From contig NC_017856.1 in NCBI RefSeq assembly GCF_000260965.1, forward strand, positions 2,160,001 to 2,192,000: a stretch of DNA of 32,000 nt, given 5' to 3'. The notes beneath the pieces were generated by a model. That model worked only from the letters and a program-made list of their open reading frames with translations, did not search any database and was not told where the DNA came from. Origin of the DNA: Methylophaga frappieri (GTDB lineage: Bacteria; Pseudomonadota; Gammaproteobacteria; Nitrosococcales; Methylophagaceae). Every line of letters starts with the position of its first letter. The stretch's first letter is position 1. Of this stretch, positions 1 through 10,633 are shown piece after piece. The position numbers and the translations under genes were made by a program.

Positions 1-431
1 TTTTCTCGTGCACAGTTTTGTAACAGGGGTAGACAGGATTTTGTTAACAGAAACGGGGCCGTTAAATTGACCTGTAATGTTTCCAGCCACAGCCGACTAT
101 CTTGATGTATTGTCGGAGACAGCTGACCTAATGTCGCTGCACAATGAACAATGCCATCAAGACGGCCAAAGCTTTGCTCAATTTTCGCCGCCATATTGAT
201 ATAGTCAGATGCGGTAGCCCCTTTCATATCAAGCGGATACAATGCAGGCTCCGCACTATTGTCTGCAACAATTGTATCGTAGAGACTTTCTAGTGCAGGT
301 AAATTTTTATCAAGGAGTATGACGGTTGCGCCATGGTGGGCGTAGGACTTTGCCACCTCACTACCGATGCCGCCTGCGGCACCGGTAATAAGAATGACTT
401 TATTGTTGAGCAGTGTTGTCTCAGCCGACAT
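1..431 (-). CDS. Short-chain dehydrogenase/reductase, YciK-like (N-terminal part; gene runs off the left edge)
   Basis: The minus-strand frame is open from ATG (431-429) to position 1. It is absent from the ORF track because it is truncated. My translation is MSAETTLLNNKVILITGAAGGIGSEVAKSYAHHGATVILLDKN...GRLDGIVHCAA... This has the TGxxxGIG Rossmann motif of SDRs, and the layout resembles E. coli YciK. Confidence 0.8.
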   Translation of the reverse strand, partial: MSAETTLLNNKVILITGAAGGIGSEVAKSYAHHGATVILLDKNLPALESLYDTIVADNSAEPALYPLDMKGATASDYINMAAKIEQSFGRLDGIVHCAATLGQLSPTIHQDSRLWLETLQVNLTAPFLLTKSCLPLLQNCARE

Positions 432-444
432 CGGCAAAGACGAA

Positions 445-816
445 TTATTTCGGTTCAAATTGGCTAAATGCCACTGCACCATTGTGGAGTTGAACGGTCA
501 GCAACCCTTCGTCAGTTTCCCACTCATAGAAAATCACTTCAAAACTATCAACACCCGTCACTTGTTTTAAATCAGGTTCACCAAGCATCTCGAGAAGTTG
601 TGCTTCAGTCATACCTCGTTCAACATTATCTGCTGTTTGAGCATCCATTTCAGCTGATTCGGACATGTTTCCAGCAGTATCATCAGTAGAAACAACATCG
701 GCTGCAGTTTCTTCTACGGCATCATTATCGTTGTCTTGTGATTCATCATTACTGCAGGCAATCAGGGCAAAACTGATAAATAAACTGGTCAATAGTAAAC
801 GCATACGATTTAACAT
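445..816 (-). CDS. Putative secreted lipoprotein, acidic N-terminal linker plus small C-terminal beta-rich domain
   Basis: 123-aa ORF with an ATG start preceded by AAGGGTGAG. It has a signal peptide with lipobox LIAC (MLNRMRLLLTSLFISFALIAC) followed by a D/E-rich low-complexity stretch. I do not confidently recognise a family. Confidence 0.6.
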   Translation of the reverse strand: MLNRMRLLLTSLFISFALIACSNDESQDNDNDAVEETAADVVSTDDTAGNMSESAEMDAQTADNVERGMTEAQLLEMLGEPDLKQVTGVDSFEVIFYEWETDEGLLTVQLHNGAVAFSQFEPK

Positions 817-886
817 TACTCACCCTTCTGTTGGTTTATAAAGATATCCAGTATAGCAAGCTAACAGGACGATTTCGACAAATACA

Positions 887-2173
887 TCAGGATTTTATCA
901 TCGTTTTAGATAACTGTTCGACACAATACAATCCGTTATCGACTGCGGTCTCTAGGGTGGCAGGATACGGATGTTGAACGATGTCACCAGCTAACCACAG
1001 ATTATCGAGTGGTGTCTGACAGGATGGACGGTTTTGTTGTGTTTGAGGTGTGCAGGCAAAGGTGGCTTTTTTTTCTCGAATAATCAATGAATCAATAGGT
1101 CGCTCAGGCCAGTTAGGCAAGTGCGCGGAGAGTTCATCGCAAACGATAGCCATAAGTCTGCTTCGAGGCCAATCAAGATGAGGGCCAGGGCCGCTAACGA
1201 CAACGGCAACCAAGCCGGAGCGACGCGGGTTTAGATCAAATAGCCATTGCGCAACACCGCCGGAAAACCCCATTATTGAGGCTGTCGGCTGCGTGCCAGC
1301 CGGATATTGCAGATATAACGTGCAGATAGGATTTTCAGTAATGGTTTTCTGTTCAATGCCTGCCGGGAGCAATTTTGTTAGTGAGGCAGGAGTTAGCGCC
1401 AAAATAACGTGATCGGCCTGAAATGACTGCCCAGTCTGGTCTTCAATGCGGCTGACGCGATTAGCTTCGGTATGGATTTTGGTAATGCGTTTCTGGTAGT
1501 GAATACTGCCACCATGTGCCGTAATAAAACGCGCAGCTGGCACGGGTAAAATGTCGCCGAGTGGAATGCGGGGGATTAACAACTCGCTTGCCATTCCATT
1601 CGAAAACAAGGCCTGATTAAGAACCGTTGCAAAGACCGCCGCGCTCGCCTGTTTAATGGGCGTATTCAGCATAGCAAGACACAGCGGCTCCCAGATCTGC
1701 TGAATGAGTCGCTCCGGTTGCCGCGTCCGATGGCACAACTGAGCGACGGTTTCGTCTGTCAGGTTGTCTGGCAAACGAATGATACGTTGGAACCGAGCAA
1801 CGGCGATAACCGATGCCCAGCCGCCGGATTGAAACAGGTTAATGGCGAGGTTAATTAGGCGAGGGCCAACGCCTCGGCTGCTGAGCACTAAATCTGGAAA
1901 ACGCGGGTCTTTCATCCGCAGATCTGGCTGCTGGTGAAAAAACACGGTATCGGGGTTAACGCCAATACGATCAAGTAGCGCTAACATCTGTTGATAGGCG
2001 CCAATCATCAGATGTTGGCCGTTATCGACAGTGAGATTTCGCCATTGAACATTTCGGGCGCGCCCGCCCAGTTGGCCCGCTGCTTCGAGTAACGTGACTT
2101 GATGACCTTGTTCGCAAAGCGACACTGCGGCGGCCAAACCACTCCAGCCACCGCCAACGATTAAAATATGCAT
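887..2173 (-). CDS. hpnE: Hydroxysqualene dehydroxylase HpnE-like, FAD-dependent amine-oxidase family
   Basis: N-terminal dinucleotide-binding motif MHILIVGGGWSGLAAAVSLCEQGHQVTLLEAAGQLGGRA and a C-terminal ...LWLAGD...YPATLETAV... signature. The gene lies immediately downstream of an HpnD-like synthase. The track ORF starts at a TTG (2212) that overlaps hpnD by 28 nt. I prefer the ATG at 2173, which puts the Rossmann motif at the N-terminus. Confidence 0.75.
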   Translation of the reverse strand: MHILIVGGGWSGLAAAVSLCEQGHQVTLLEAAGQLGGRARNVQWRNLTVDNGQHLMIGAYQQMLALLDRIGVNPDTVFFHQQPDLRMKDPRFPDLVLSSRGVGPRLINLAINLFQSGGWASVIAVARFQRIIRLPDNLTDETVAQLCHRTRQPERLIQQIWEPLCLAMLNTPIKQASAAVFATVLNQALFSNGMASELLIPRIPLGDILPVPAARFITAHGGSIHYQKRITKIHTEANRVSRIEDQTGQSFQADHVILALTPASLTKLLPAGIEQKTITENPICTLYLQYPAGTQPTASIMGFSGGVAQWLFDLNPRRSGLVAVVVSGPGPHLDWPRSRLMAIVCDELSAHLPNWPERPIDSLIIREKKATFACTPQTQQNRPSCQTPLDNLWLAGDIVQHPYPATLETAVDNGLYCVEQLSKTMIKS

Positions 2174-2184
2174 ATCAAATGGGT

Positions 2185-3021
2185 TTAGCGGTATTGTCTG
2201 GCAGTGCGCCAAGCAATCCAGAGCTTACGAAGTGGTGTTAATGACAAGCGATGGCGCATAACCTGAAAGTCATCTGCGACAATTTCATCCAACGTACGCC
2301 GGTAAATTGCCGCCATAATCAAGGCCGTTTTTTGATTAGAGCGATCAACGTCAGGTAACAGTTGCATTGCCTCGTCATAATATTGATAAGCGCGCTGTGC
2401 TTGATAATTTAGCAAGGCTTTGAGGGCATCGGACGACTCAGCCATTAGGATGGATTGTTCGCTGACATTAAAACGCGTCATTTCATCCTGAGGTAGGTAA
2501 ATTCGACCGCGTTCTGCGTCTTCCCGAACATCGCGAATAATATTGGTCAGTTGTAAGGCCAAGCCTAACTTTTCAGCAAATTTTAGTGTTTGTCGATCTT
2601 GATAACCAAAAATTTCTGCCGATAGCAAACCCACCACGCTGGCAACCCGATAACAATACAGGGCGAGATGTTTAAAAGCCGGATAACGCGATTGCTGCAA
2701 ATCCATCGCCATACCGTCGATGATTTCATAAAAATAGGCGTCATTTAAGCCAAATTCAGCAATGACATCGACCAAAGCCTTGCCGACGGGATGATTCGGT
2801 TCCCCACTAAAAACGGCATGAATTTCTTGGCGCCACCAATCTAATGTCTTGCTGGCAACATCAAGATCCGCGATTTCATCAACGGTATCATCCACTTCAC
2901 GACAAAACGCATAAACAGCTGTGATGGCATTGCGTTTTGCTGGCGGCAAAAATAAAAAACTGTAATAAAAACTGGAGCCACTTTTTGCCGCTTTATCACG
3001 GCAATACTGTTGTGGAGTCAT
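2185..3021 (-). CDS. hpnD: Squalene/phytoene synthase family enzyme, most like presqualene diphosphate synthase HpnD
   Basis: 278 aa with an ATG start. It carries SGSSFYYSFLFLPPAKRNAITAVYAFCREVDDTVDE (first Asp-rich motif) and a second motif region NIIRDVREDAERGRIYLP. I recall the SGSSFYY...YAFCRxVDD pattern for HpnD rather than HpnC. Confidence 0.7.
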   Translation of the reverse strand: MTPQQYCRDKAAKSGSSFYYSFLFLPPAKRNAITAVYAFCREVDDTVDEIADLDVASKTLDWWRQEIHAVFSGEPNHPVGKALVDVIAEFGLNDAYFYEIIDGMAMDLQQSRYPAFKHLALYCYRVASVVGLLSAEIFGYQDRQTLKFAEKLGLALQLTNIIRDVREDAERGRIYLPQDEMTRFNVSEQSILMAESSDALKALLNYQAQRAYQYYDEAMQLLPDVDRSNQKTALIMAAIYRRTLDEIVADDFQVMRHRLSLTPLRKLWIAWRTARQYR

Positions 3022-3062
3022 CTTTGCGCCAACCTAATCATCATTTCACCTGAAAAGTGACT

Positions 3063-4031
3063 TTAGAATTGACGAGATACCGCAAAGTCAGCCAAAGCGC
3101 TTAACGCGGATTTATCGTCGCTGTCAGGCAAAACCGCCAATGCCTGCTTGGCTTTTTCGGATTCATTCCGGGCTGCTTGGGCGGTGTAGTCGATGGCGCC
3201 CGTCTTCTGGATGATATCGATGATCTGATCGATGTGGGTTTTATCACCTTGTTCAATTGCCATTCGGATCAATTGTGCCTGAGCTTCATCGCCATGTCTC
3301 ATGGCATAAATCAAAGGCAGCGTGGGCTTACCCTCAGCAAGATCATCACCAATATTTTTTCCGATGACGTCACTGCTGTCACTGTAATCGAGCAGATCAT
3401 CAACTAATTGGAAAGCACTGCCAAGATGCATGGCATACAGACCTAAGGCGTTTTCGATATCGGCTGACTTCTGACTTAGTACCGCACCTAATTGACCGGC
3501 TGCTTCAAACAACTTGGCGGTTTTATGGTGAATAACCTGCAAGTATCGTTGTTCAGACGTATCGGCATCATGCACATTTAAAAGTTGTAATACTTCACCC
3601 TCAGCGATGACATTTGTCGTATGTGATAAAATCTGCATCAACCGCATATTGTCCAGTTCCACCATCATTTCAAAGGCACGGGTATAGAGAAAGTCGCCTA
3701 CCAGGACGCTCGCTTCATTGCCCCAGATGGTGTTGGCGGTTTCGCGTCCACGCCGTAATTCAGAATGATCCACCACATCGTCATGTAGCAGTGTCGCGGT
3801 GTGGATAAACTCGATAATGGTGGCGAGATTAATGTGCGCACTGCCTTGATAACCGCAAGCACGAGCACTGAGTAGCGCGATGGCTGGACGTAATCGTTTC
3901 CCACCACTATTGATAATGTAGTGGCCGAGCTGGTTAATTAAGACCACGTCAGACTGCAGTCGTTGCTGTATCATGGTGTTGACTGTGTTCATATCCTCTT
4001 CAATGAGGGCGTAGATGGATTGAATATCCAC
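3063..4031 (-). CDS. ispB: Octaprenyl-diphosphate synthase (trans-polyprenyl diphosphate synthase)
   Basis: 322 aa, collinear with E. coli IspB over its full length (LINQLGHYI..GGKRLRP, FIHTATLLHDDVVD, FQLVDDLLDY, GKPTLPL). GTG start at 4031. It is divergent from rplU, as in E. coli and Pseudomonas. Confidence 0.9.
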   Translation of the reverse strand: MDIQSIYALIEEDMNTVNTMIQQRLQSDVVLINQLGHYIINSGGKRLRPAIALLSARACGYQGSAHINLATIIEFIHTATLLHDDVVDHSELRRGRETANTIWGNEASVLVGDFLYTRAFEMMVELDNMRLMQILSHTTNVIAEGEVLQLLNVHDADTSEQRYLQVIHHKTAKLFEAAGQLGAVLSQKSADIENALGLYAMHLGSAFQLVDDLLDYSDSSDVIGKNIGDDLAEGKPTLPLIYAMRHGDEAQAQLIRMAIEQGDKTHIDQIIDIIQKTGAIDYTAQAARNESEKAKQALAVLPDSDDKSALSALADFAVSRQF

Positions 4032-4189
4032 GGGGCTTAGGTGCCTGTAGCTGTTAAAAGGGCTACTTTCTCATGGGGACTGAGACAGCGCAAATTTTAG
4101 ATTAATAATTGATCTGCATAAATAAAGCAGATACAATTGCCGGTCTTTTGTTGGGTTACCTGCAATTAACTATTTTTTTGGAGACAGCG

Positions 4190-4501
4190 ATGTACGCTAT
4201 TGTCGCGACGGGTGGTAAACAATACCGTGTAAAAGAGGGCGAAAAGCTCCGCGTTGAAAAATTGACTGCTGAAGCCGGTGATACGGTTGAGCTAGACAAA
4301 GTTTTGTTGGTTGGCGAAGGCGACAGTGTCAAAGTCGGTGCGCCATATCTTGATGGGGCCAAAGTCACAGCAAAAGTGGCAGCACAAGGTCGTGGCGATA
4401 AAGTGAAAATTATCAAATTCCGTCGCCGTAAACACCATCGTAAGCAGATGGGTCATCGTCAAGCGTTTACTGAAATCGAAATCACTGGCATCTCTGCCTG
4501 A
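4190..4501 (+). CDS. rplU: 50S ribosomal protein L21
   Basis: [20 protein letters not shown]... with ATG at 4190 preceded by GGAGA. The track ORF start at 4109 is an upstream non-ATG extension. Confidence 0.95.
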   Translation: MYAIVATGGKQYRVKEGEKLRVEKLTAEAGDTVELDKVLLVGEGDSVKVGAPYLDGAKVTAKVAAQGRGDKVKIIKFRRRKHHRKQMGHRQAFTEIEITGISA

Positions 4502-4538
4502 TTCGATTAACCAACTGAAACATTAAGGGGAGTTAACA

Positions 4539-5926
<1,388 letters not shown>

Positions 5927-5928
5927 GC

Positions 5929-7059
5929 TTGGAAAATCCGCATCAACAATTGGTGTCAACGCAACGCTGGGTGATTAAAATCGGCAGCGCGTTGTTAACG
6001 AAGCCAGGTCAAGGTCTGGATTTAAATCGTATTCGTTGGCTGAGTGGTGAAATTGCTGAGTTAAGACGCCAAGGTAAGGACATTGTTCTTGTTACCTCTG
6101 GTTCTGTGGCGGCCGGTATGCAGCAGCTTGGTTGGCGACGCCGACCACATGAATTGCACCGCCTTCAGGCCGCGGCCAGTGTCGGTCAAATGAATTTGAT
6201 CCATGCTTATGCAACGGCATGTCAATATTATGGCATCCATACCGCACAAATTTTATTAACCCATGCTGATTTGTCTGAAAGAGAAAGACATCTCAATGCC
6301 CGGAGCGCTTTACAGACTTTGCTAAAGATGGGCATTTTGCCCGTTGTTAATGAAAATGATGCCATTGCTACGGATGAAATTCGTTTCGGTGATAACGATA
6401 CGCTGGCTGCGATGACGGCGAACTTAATTGAAGCAGATGTCCTGGTTATCCTGACAGATCAAAGTGGCTTTTTTGATAGCGATCCGCGTTTGAATCCGCA
6501 GGCACGCATGCTGGCTGCATCAGCAGCGAGCAATCCGGCGCTGGATAGCATGGCTGGGGATAGCAAAGGTGAACTGGGACGTGGCGGCATGGCAACCAAA
6601 TTGCGAGCCGCACGGCGTGCGGCGCGTTCGGGTGCAACAACCGTTATCTTGTCTGGTAAAGAACCGGATAATTTACGTCATTTAGCGGCGGGTAATCCGG
6701 TCGGTACACTCTTCTGGCCGGATATGAAACCCATCAAAGCCAGACAGCAATGGTTAGTGGGACATTTGATTCCAAAAGGCAAACTGATACTGGATGACGG
6801 GGCCGTGAATGTGATTTGTGGCCAAGGCAGAAGTTTACTGCCCGTCGGTATCCGAGCTGTTCAAGGGGATTTTTCCCGGGGTGAACTGGTTATTTGTTGT
6901 GATGCACAAGGGCGAGAAGTAGCGAGAGGATTAGCCAATTACAGTGCGGCGGAATCCATCAGAATTATGGGCCAGCCAAGCCAGGCGATTGAGTCTTTGT
7001 TGGGTTATGTCGATGAGCCAGAGTTAATTCATCGCGACAACTTGGTCGTCACGACCTAA
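5929..7059 (+). CDS. proB: Glutamate 5-kinase with C-terminal PUA domain
   Basis: Collinear with E. coli ProB (VIKIGSALLT, VTSGSVAAG, NENDAIATDEIRFGDNDTLAA, GGMATKL, C-terminal PUA ...SRGELV...). TTG start at 5929, 6 nt after GAGGA (5918-5922). The first in-frame ATG is far inside the conserved kinase core; in-frame TTG 5950 and GTG 5953 are alternative starts. Confidence 0.9.
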   Translation: MENPHQQLVSTQRWVIKIGSALLTKPGQGLDLNRIRWLSGEIAELRRQGKDIVLVTSGSVAAGMQQLGWRRRPHELHRLQAAASVGQMNLIHAYATACQYYGIHTAQILLTHADLSERERHLNARSALQTLLKMGILPVVNENDAIATDEIRFGDNDTLAAMTANLIEADVLVILTDQSGFFDSDPRLNPQARMLAASAASNPALDSMAGDSKGELGRGGMATKLRAARRAARSGATTVILSGKEPDNLRHLAAGNPVGTLFWPDMKPIKARQQWLVGHLIPKGKLILDDGAVNVICGQGRSLLPVGIRAVQGDFSRGELVICCDAQGREVARGLANYSAAESIRIMGQPSQAIESLLGYVDEPELIHRDNLVVTT

Positions 7060-7070
7060 ATCCGGATATA

Positions 7071-7097
7071 AAAAAACCGGCAAAAGCCGGTTTCTTT
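7071..7097. terminator. Bidirectional intrinsic terminator shared by convergent proB and rpsT
   Basis: AAACCGGC (7074-7081), loop AAAA, GCCGGTTT (7086-7093). It is flanked by an A-run on the left and TTTCTTT on the right, so a U-tract follows the hairpin on either strand. Confidence 0.75.
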
Positions 7098-7121
7098 GCG
7101 CAATGGTAATTGCGGTTTGAA

Positions 7122-7382
7122 TTAGAGTGCGCGGACGGCGTTATTCAAACGGCTTTTACCACGTGCTGCGGTATTTTTGTGAATGAGGCCTTTACGCGCC
7201 ATTCTATCAAGAACAGGAACAGCAGCTTGGAAAGCAGCAGTTGCCTGCGTTTTGTCACCAGCCACAATGGCTTTACGGACGGCTTTAATGCTGGTGCGCA
7301 TGGCAGAACGCTGGCTAGCATTCAGCTGGCGGTGTTTTTCCGCTTGACGAGCGCGTTTTCTTGCTTGTGCTGAGTTTGCCAA
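7122..7382 (-). CDS. rpsT: 30S ribosomal protein S20
   Basis: [30 protein letters not shown]...[16 protein letters not shown], 86 aa. TTG start (7382-7380) with AGGAGA upstream. Confidence 0.95.
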   Translation of the reverse strand: MANSAQARKRARQAEKHRQLNASQRSAMRTSIKAVRKAIVAGDKTQATAAFQAAVPVLDRMARKGLIHKNTAARGKSRLNNAVRAL

Positions 7383-7488
7383 AATGCTTCTCCTAAAAAT
7401 CAGCTGTTTGTTTATGAACCGGCCATTATCCTGATTTTTAAACAGTTTGTAAATGGTATCATTGACAAATTTTTAACTGAGGCAAGTA

Positions 7489-8271
7489 ATGCGCATCATC
7501 ACCGCCAATGTAAACGGTATTCGAGCAGCAGCACGAAAAGGTTTTTTCGACTGGCTACCCAAACAAAACGCCGATGTGGTCTGTATTCAGGAGACCAAAG
7601 CGCAAATTCATCAGCTCAGTGATCAGGTCTTCCATCCACAGGATTACCACTGCTATTACCACGATGCGCAAAAGCCGGGCTATAGTGGGGTTGCCCTGTA
7701 TTGCCGACAGGAACCAGATATTATCATTGTTGGCATGGGGAATGATGAATTTGACGCCGAAGGTCGCTATCTCGAAGCCCAGTTTGGCAAATTAAGTGTC
7801 GTGTCACTTTACTTGCCATCCGGGACGTCGGGTGATGTGCGCCAGGCGGTCAAATACCGGTGTATGGATTTTATCGAAACACGTCTACAACAGATCCTGG
7901 ATGCAGGACGAGAGTTCATAGTTTGCGGTGACTGGAATATTGCACATAAGAATGAAGATATTCGTAACTGGAAAGGCAATCAAAAAAATTCCGGATTTTT
8001 GCCAGAGGAACGTGCCTGGCTAGATAAGTTATTTGATGAGATGCAGTTTGTGGATGCGTTTCGTGAATTACCCCAACAGGACCATGAATATACCTGGTGG
8101 TCTAACCGCGGTCAGGCATGGGCAAATAATACGGGTTGGCGCATTGATTATCACGTGCTAAGTCCGGGCTTAAAAGGGAGCGTCGTCGCGACCGACATTT
8201 ATCGAGATGAGCGCTTTTCAGATCATGCGCCACTGACTGTCGATTACCGCGACAACTTATCTACGTTTTAA
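7489..8271 (+). CDS. xthA: Exodeoxyribonuclease III (AP endonuclease, EEP family)
   Basis: [14 protein letters not shown]...DVVCIQETK...GDWNIAH...[10 protein letters not shown], the characteristic Xth/ExoA motifs, 260 aa. Confidence 0.9.
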   Translation: MRIITANVNGIRAAARKGFFDWLPKQNADVVCIQETKAQIHQLSDQVFHPQDYHCYYHDAQKPGYSGVALYCRQEPDIIIVGMGNDEFDAEGRYLEAQFGKLSVVSLYLPSGTSGDVRQAVKYRCMDFIETRLQQILDAGREFIVCGDWNIAHKNEDIRNWKGNQKNSGFLPEERAWLDKLFDEMQFVDAFRELPQQDHEYTWWSNRGQAWANNTGWRIDYHVLSPGLKGSVVATDIYRDERFSDHAPLTVDYRDNLSTF

Positions 8272-10394
8272 AGCAAAGCCGCTTTGACACAGCGAATGAC
8301 ACCATAATCATAATGTTCATCCAGCGCTTGATAGATGGGTTTTAAACTGTCAGCTTGATCGCCGAGATCGGCAATAGTGGTGGCGATTTCGTCATATTCT
8401 GCATCGGTTAGTTGTAAAACTTGTTTGGCATCAAGCAGTCCAGCTTCAATCCCATCTGATAAATGGCTATACACCGTACTCACTTTTAACGCCCGATTAC
8501 GCGCTATTTGTTCGGGATTTAAACCTTGCTCATGCATCAGTAACGTCAGGTTAACGGTATCTCGCAGTCGGTTATTAAGTAGTTCAGAGAGTGGATGTTT
8601 TGCAATAACAGCTAAAAAAGCTGAGCCGTAGTTATCGAGCTTTTGCTTGCCGATCCCGGCAATACGCTGCATGGCATCCATATCGGCAGGCCGGTACTGG
8701 CACATTTCCAGCAGCGTCGAATCATGGAAAATCACATAGGGTGGTACGCCATTCTCCTTAGCGATATCTGAGCGTAGCGTTCGCAAGGCTTCCCACAGCG
8801 CTTCATCCTGAGGGCGCACCGTTGTTTTTTTCTTGCCGGTTTTGGCAGCCGCCTGTTTTTGCTGCTGTTTACGTAAATGCAGGGTCTGCTTGCCATGTAA
8901 TAATGCCCGGCACTTTTCGGTTAAACGCAACGCCCCGTATCGGTTGATATCAATATCCAGGTAGCCGGTCGCCACCAGTTGTCGGAATATCCCCCGCCAC
9001 TGCGTGGCATTCAGCTCGCTGCCTATAGCAAAGGTGCTGATTTGATCATGCTGATTGTGTTTGATGCGCTCGTCTTCATTGCCCAGCAAAACATCAATCA
9101 GGTAATTAACGCCGAAACGCTGGCCGGTGCGAAACACGCAGGACAAGGCTTTTTGGGCGATTTCGGTGGCATCAAACTGTTCCGGTGGATTGACGCAGTT
9201 ATCGCACTGACCGCATTTTTGCGGGGCATCCTCGTCAAAGTAAGCGAGCAGGGCATGGCGGCGGCAGGTAATCAGTTCGCATAAACCCAGCATCGCTTCC
9301 AACTTGTGATGCTCGACGCGTTTAACCATCTCCGGCGCATCGGAGTCCTGCATAAACTGGCGCAGCGTAATCACATCCTGCAGACCGTAGGCCATCCAGG
9401 CGTTGGCGGGCAGACCGTCACGACCGGCGCGGCCGGTTTCCTGGTAATAAGCCTCGATATTCTTGGGCAAATTCAGATGCGCCACAAAGCGCACATCAGG
9501 TTTATCAATGCCCATACCGAAGGCAATAGTGGCCACGATAATCACGCCTTCCTCGCGCAAAAAGCGTTGCTGGGTATGAGCCCGTAACTCGGCCGATAAC
9601 CCGGCATGATAGGGCAGAGCGGTGCGGCCCTGCTGTTGCAGCCAGTCGGCCGTAGCCTCGACTTTTTTGCGCGACAGGCAATAAACAATACCGGCGTCAT
9701 TGGCATGCTGACTCTCGATAAACTGCCATAACTGCTGCCGGGCCTGACGGGCTTCGGCAATGGAGTAGAAAATATTGTTGCGGTCGAAGCTGTTGAGGTA
9801 GACCTCGGCCTGCTGCAGATTAAGTTGTTCGATAATCTCGCCGCGGGTGCGCTTGTCAGCGGTGGCCGTCAGCGCGATGCGTGGAATGCGGGGGAAACGT
9901 TCATGCAGAATGCGCAGTTGCTGATATTCAGGGCGAAAGTCATGCCCCCACTGGGATACGCAGTGGGCTTCATCAATGGCAAACAGGGAAATAGTCAGTC
10001 GATCCAGCAGGCTCAGCATGCGCGGGCTCAGCAGCCGCTCCGGCGCCACGTACAACAGATCAATCTCGCCAGCCTCGAGCTGAAACTCTACCGCATTCAT
10101 CTCATTGATTGACAGGCTGGAATTTAGAAACGCCGCCTGAATGCCGAGTTCCTGCAAAGCCACTACCTGATCCTGCATCAGTGCAATCAGGGGAGAGACC
10201 ACCACGGCGGTGCCGGGGCGAACCAAAGCGGGGATTTGATAGCAAAGCGACTTACCGCCGCCGGTGGGCATCAATACCAGCGCATCGCCACCGTTGATCA
10301 CCTGTTCGACAATGGCGGCCTGATTATGGCGGAATTGGTCGTAACCAAAGACGTTTTGCAGCACTTCCTGTGCCGTTTGTCCGTTAATATCCAT
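8268..10394 (-). CDS. recQ: ATP-dependent DNA helicase RecQ (long form with extra C-terminal helix-turn-helix region)
   Basis: [42 protein letters not shown], Zn motif CGQCDNC, HRDC region ([15 protein letters not shown]...IAGIGKQKL), plus about 100 aa beyond HRDC. The track start (10403) is TTG. I prefer the ATG at 10394 ([11 protein letters not shown]...). Confidence 0.95.
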   Translation of the reverse strand: MDINGQTAQEVLQNVFGYDQFRHNQAAIVEQVINGGDALVLMPTGGGKSLCYQIPALVRPGTAVVVSPLIALMQDQVVALQELGIQAAFLNSSLSINEMNAVEFQLEAGEIDLLYVAPERLLSPRMLSLLDRLTISLFAIDEAHCVSQWGHDFRPEYQQLRILHERFPRIPRIALTATADKRTRGEIIEQLNLQQAEVYLNSFDRNNIFYSIAEARQARQQLWQFIESQHANDAGIVYCLSRKKVEATADWLQQQGRTALPYHAGLSAELRAHTQQRFLREEGVIIVATIAFGMGIDKPDVRFVAHLNLPKNIEAYYQETGRAGRDGLPANAWMAYGLQDVITLRQFMQDSDAPEMVKRVEHHKLEAMLGLCELITCRRHALLAYFDEDAPQKCGQCDNCVNPPEQFDATEIAQKALSCVFRTGQRFGVNYLIDVLLGNEDERIKHNQHDQISTFAIGSELNATQWRGIFRQLVATGYLDIDINRYGALRLTEKCRALLHGKQTLHLRKQQQKQAAAKTGKKKTTVRPQDEALWEALRTLRSDIAKENGVPPYVIFHDSTLLEMCQYRPADMDAMQRIAGIGKQKLDNYGSAFLAVIAKHPLSELLNNRLRDTVNLTLLMHEQGLNPEQIARNRALKVSTVYSHLSDGIEAGLLDAKQVLQLTDAEYDEIATTIADLGDQADSLKPIYQALDEHYDYGVIRCVKAALL

Positions 10395-10633
10395 AGCTAT
10401 CAATAAACTGGCAAAGCGCCATTATGGCAAATTCGGGTTTGTTTATCTTCGATGACCCAGCAGTTTCGCTTTGGGGCGAGTCAGGGCTTGTGCGCTCAAG
10501 CACTCTAAGAGTCCAAGAGAGCGCGACTGTGCTGGTTGAGGCGCCACTGTGCTAGTTGTCAGCACAAACGGGGGAATTTCGGGAAAGCGAAATTAAAGTT
10601 ACGGAGAAACTCGATTCAGCCCTTTCTCACAGT

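Noticed and set aside
4109-4189. N-terminal extensions in the ORF track for rplU (4109), and likewise glyQ (25977), recQ (10403), queH (15840), plsC (29593) and hpnE (2212)
   Set aside because: The extensions start at non-ATG codons, add residues with no homology, and ignore downstream ATG starts that align with the known N-termini.
10424-10555. 43-codon plus-strand ORF in the recQ upstream spacer
   Set aside because: No SD sequence and no recognisable features. The repeats and hairpins there are better explained as RNA or DNA elements.
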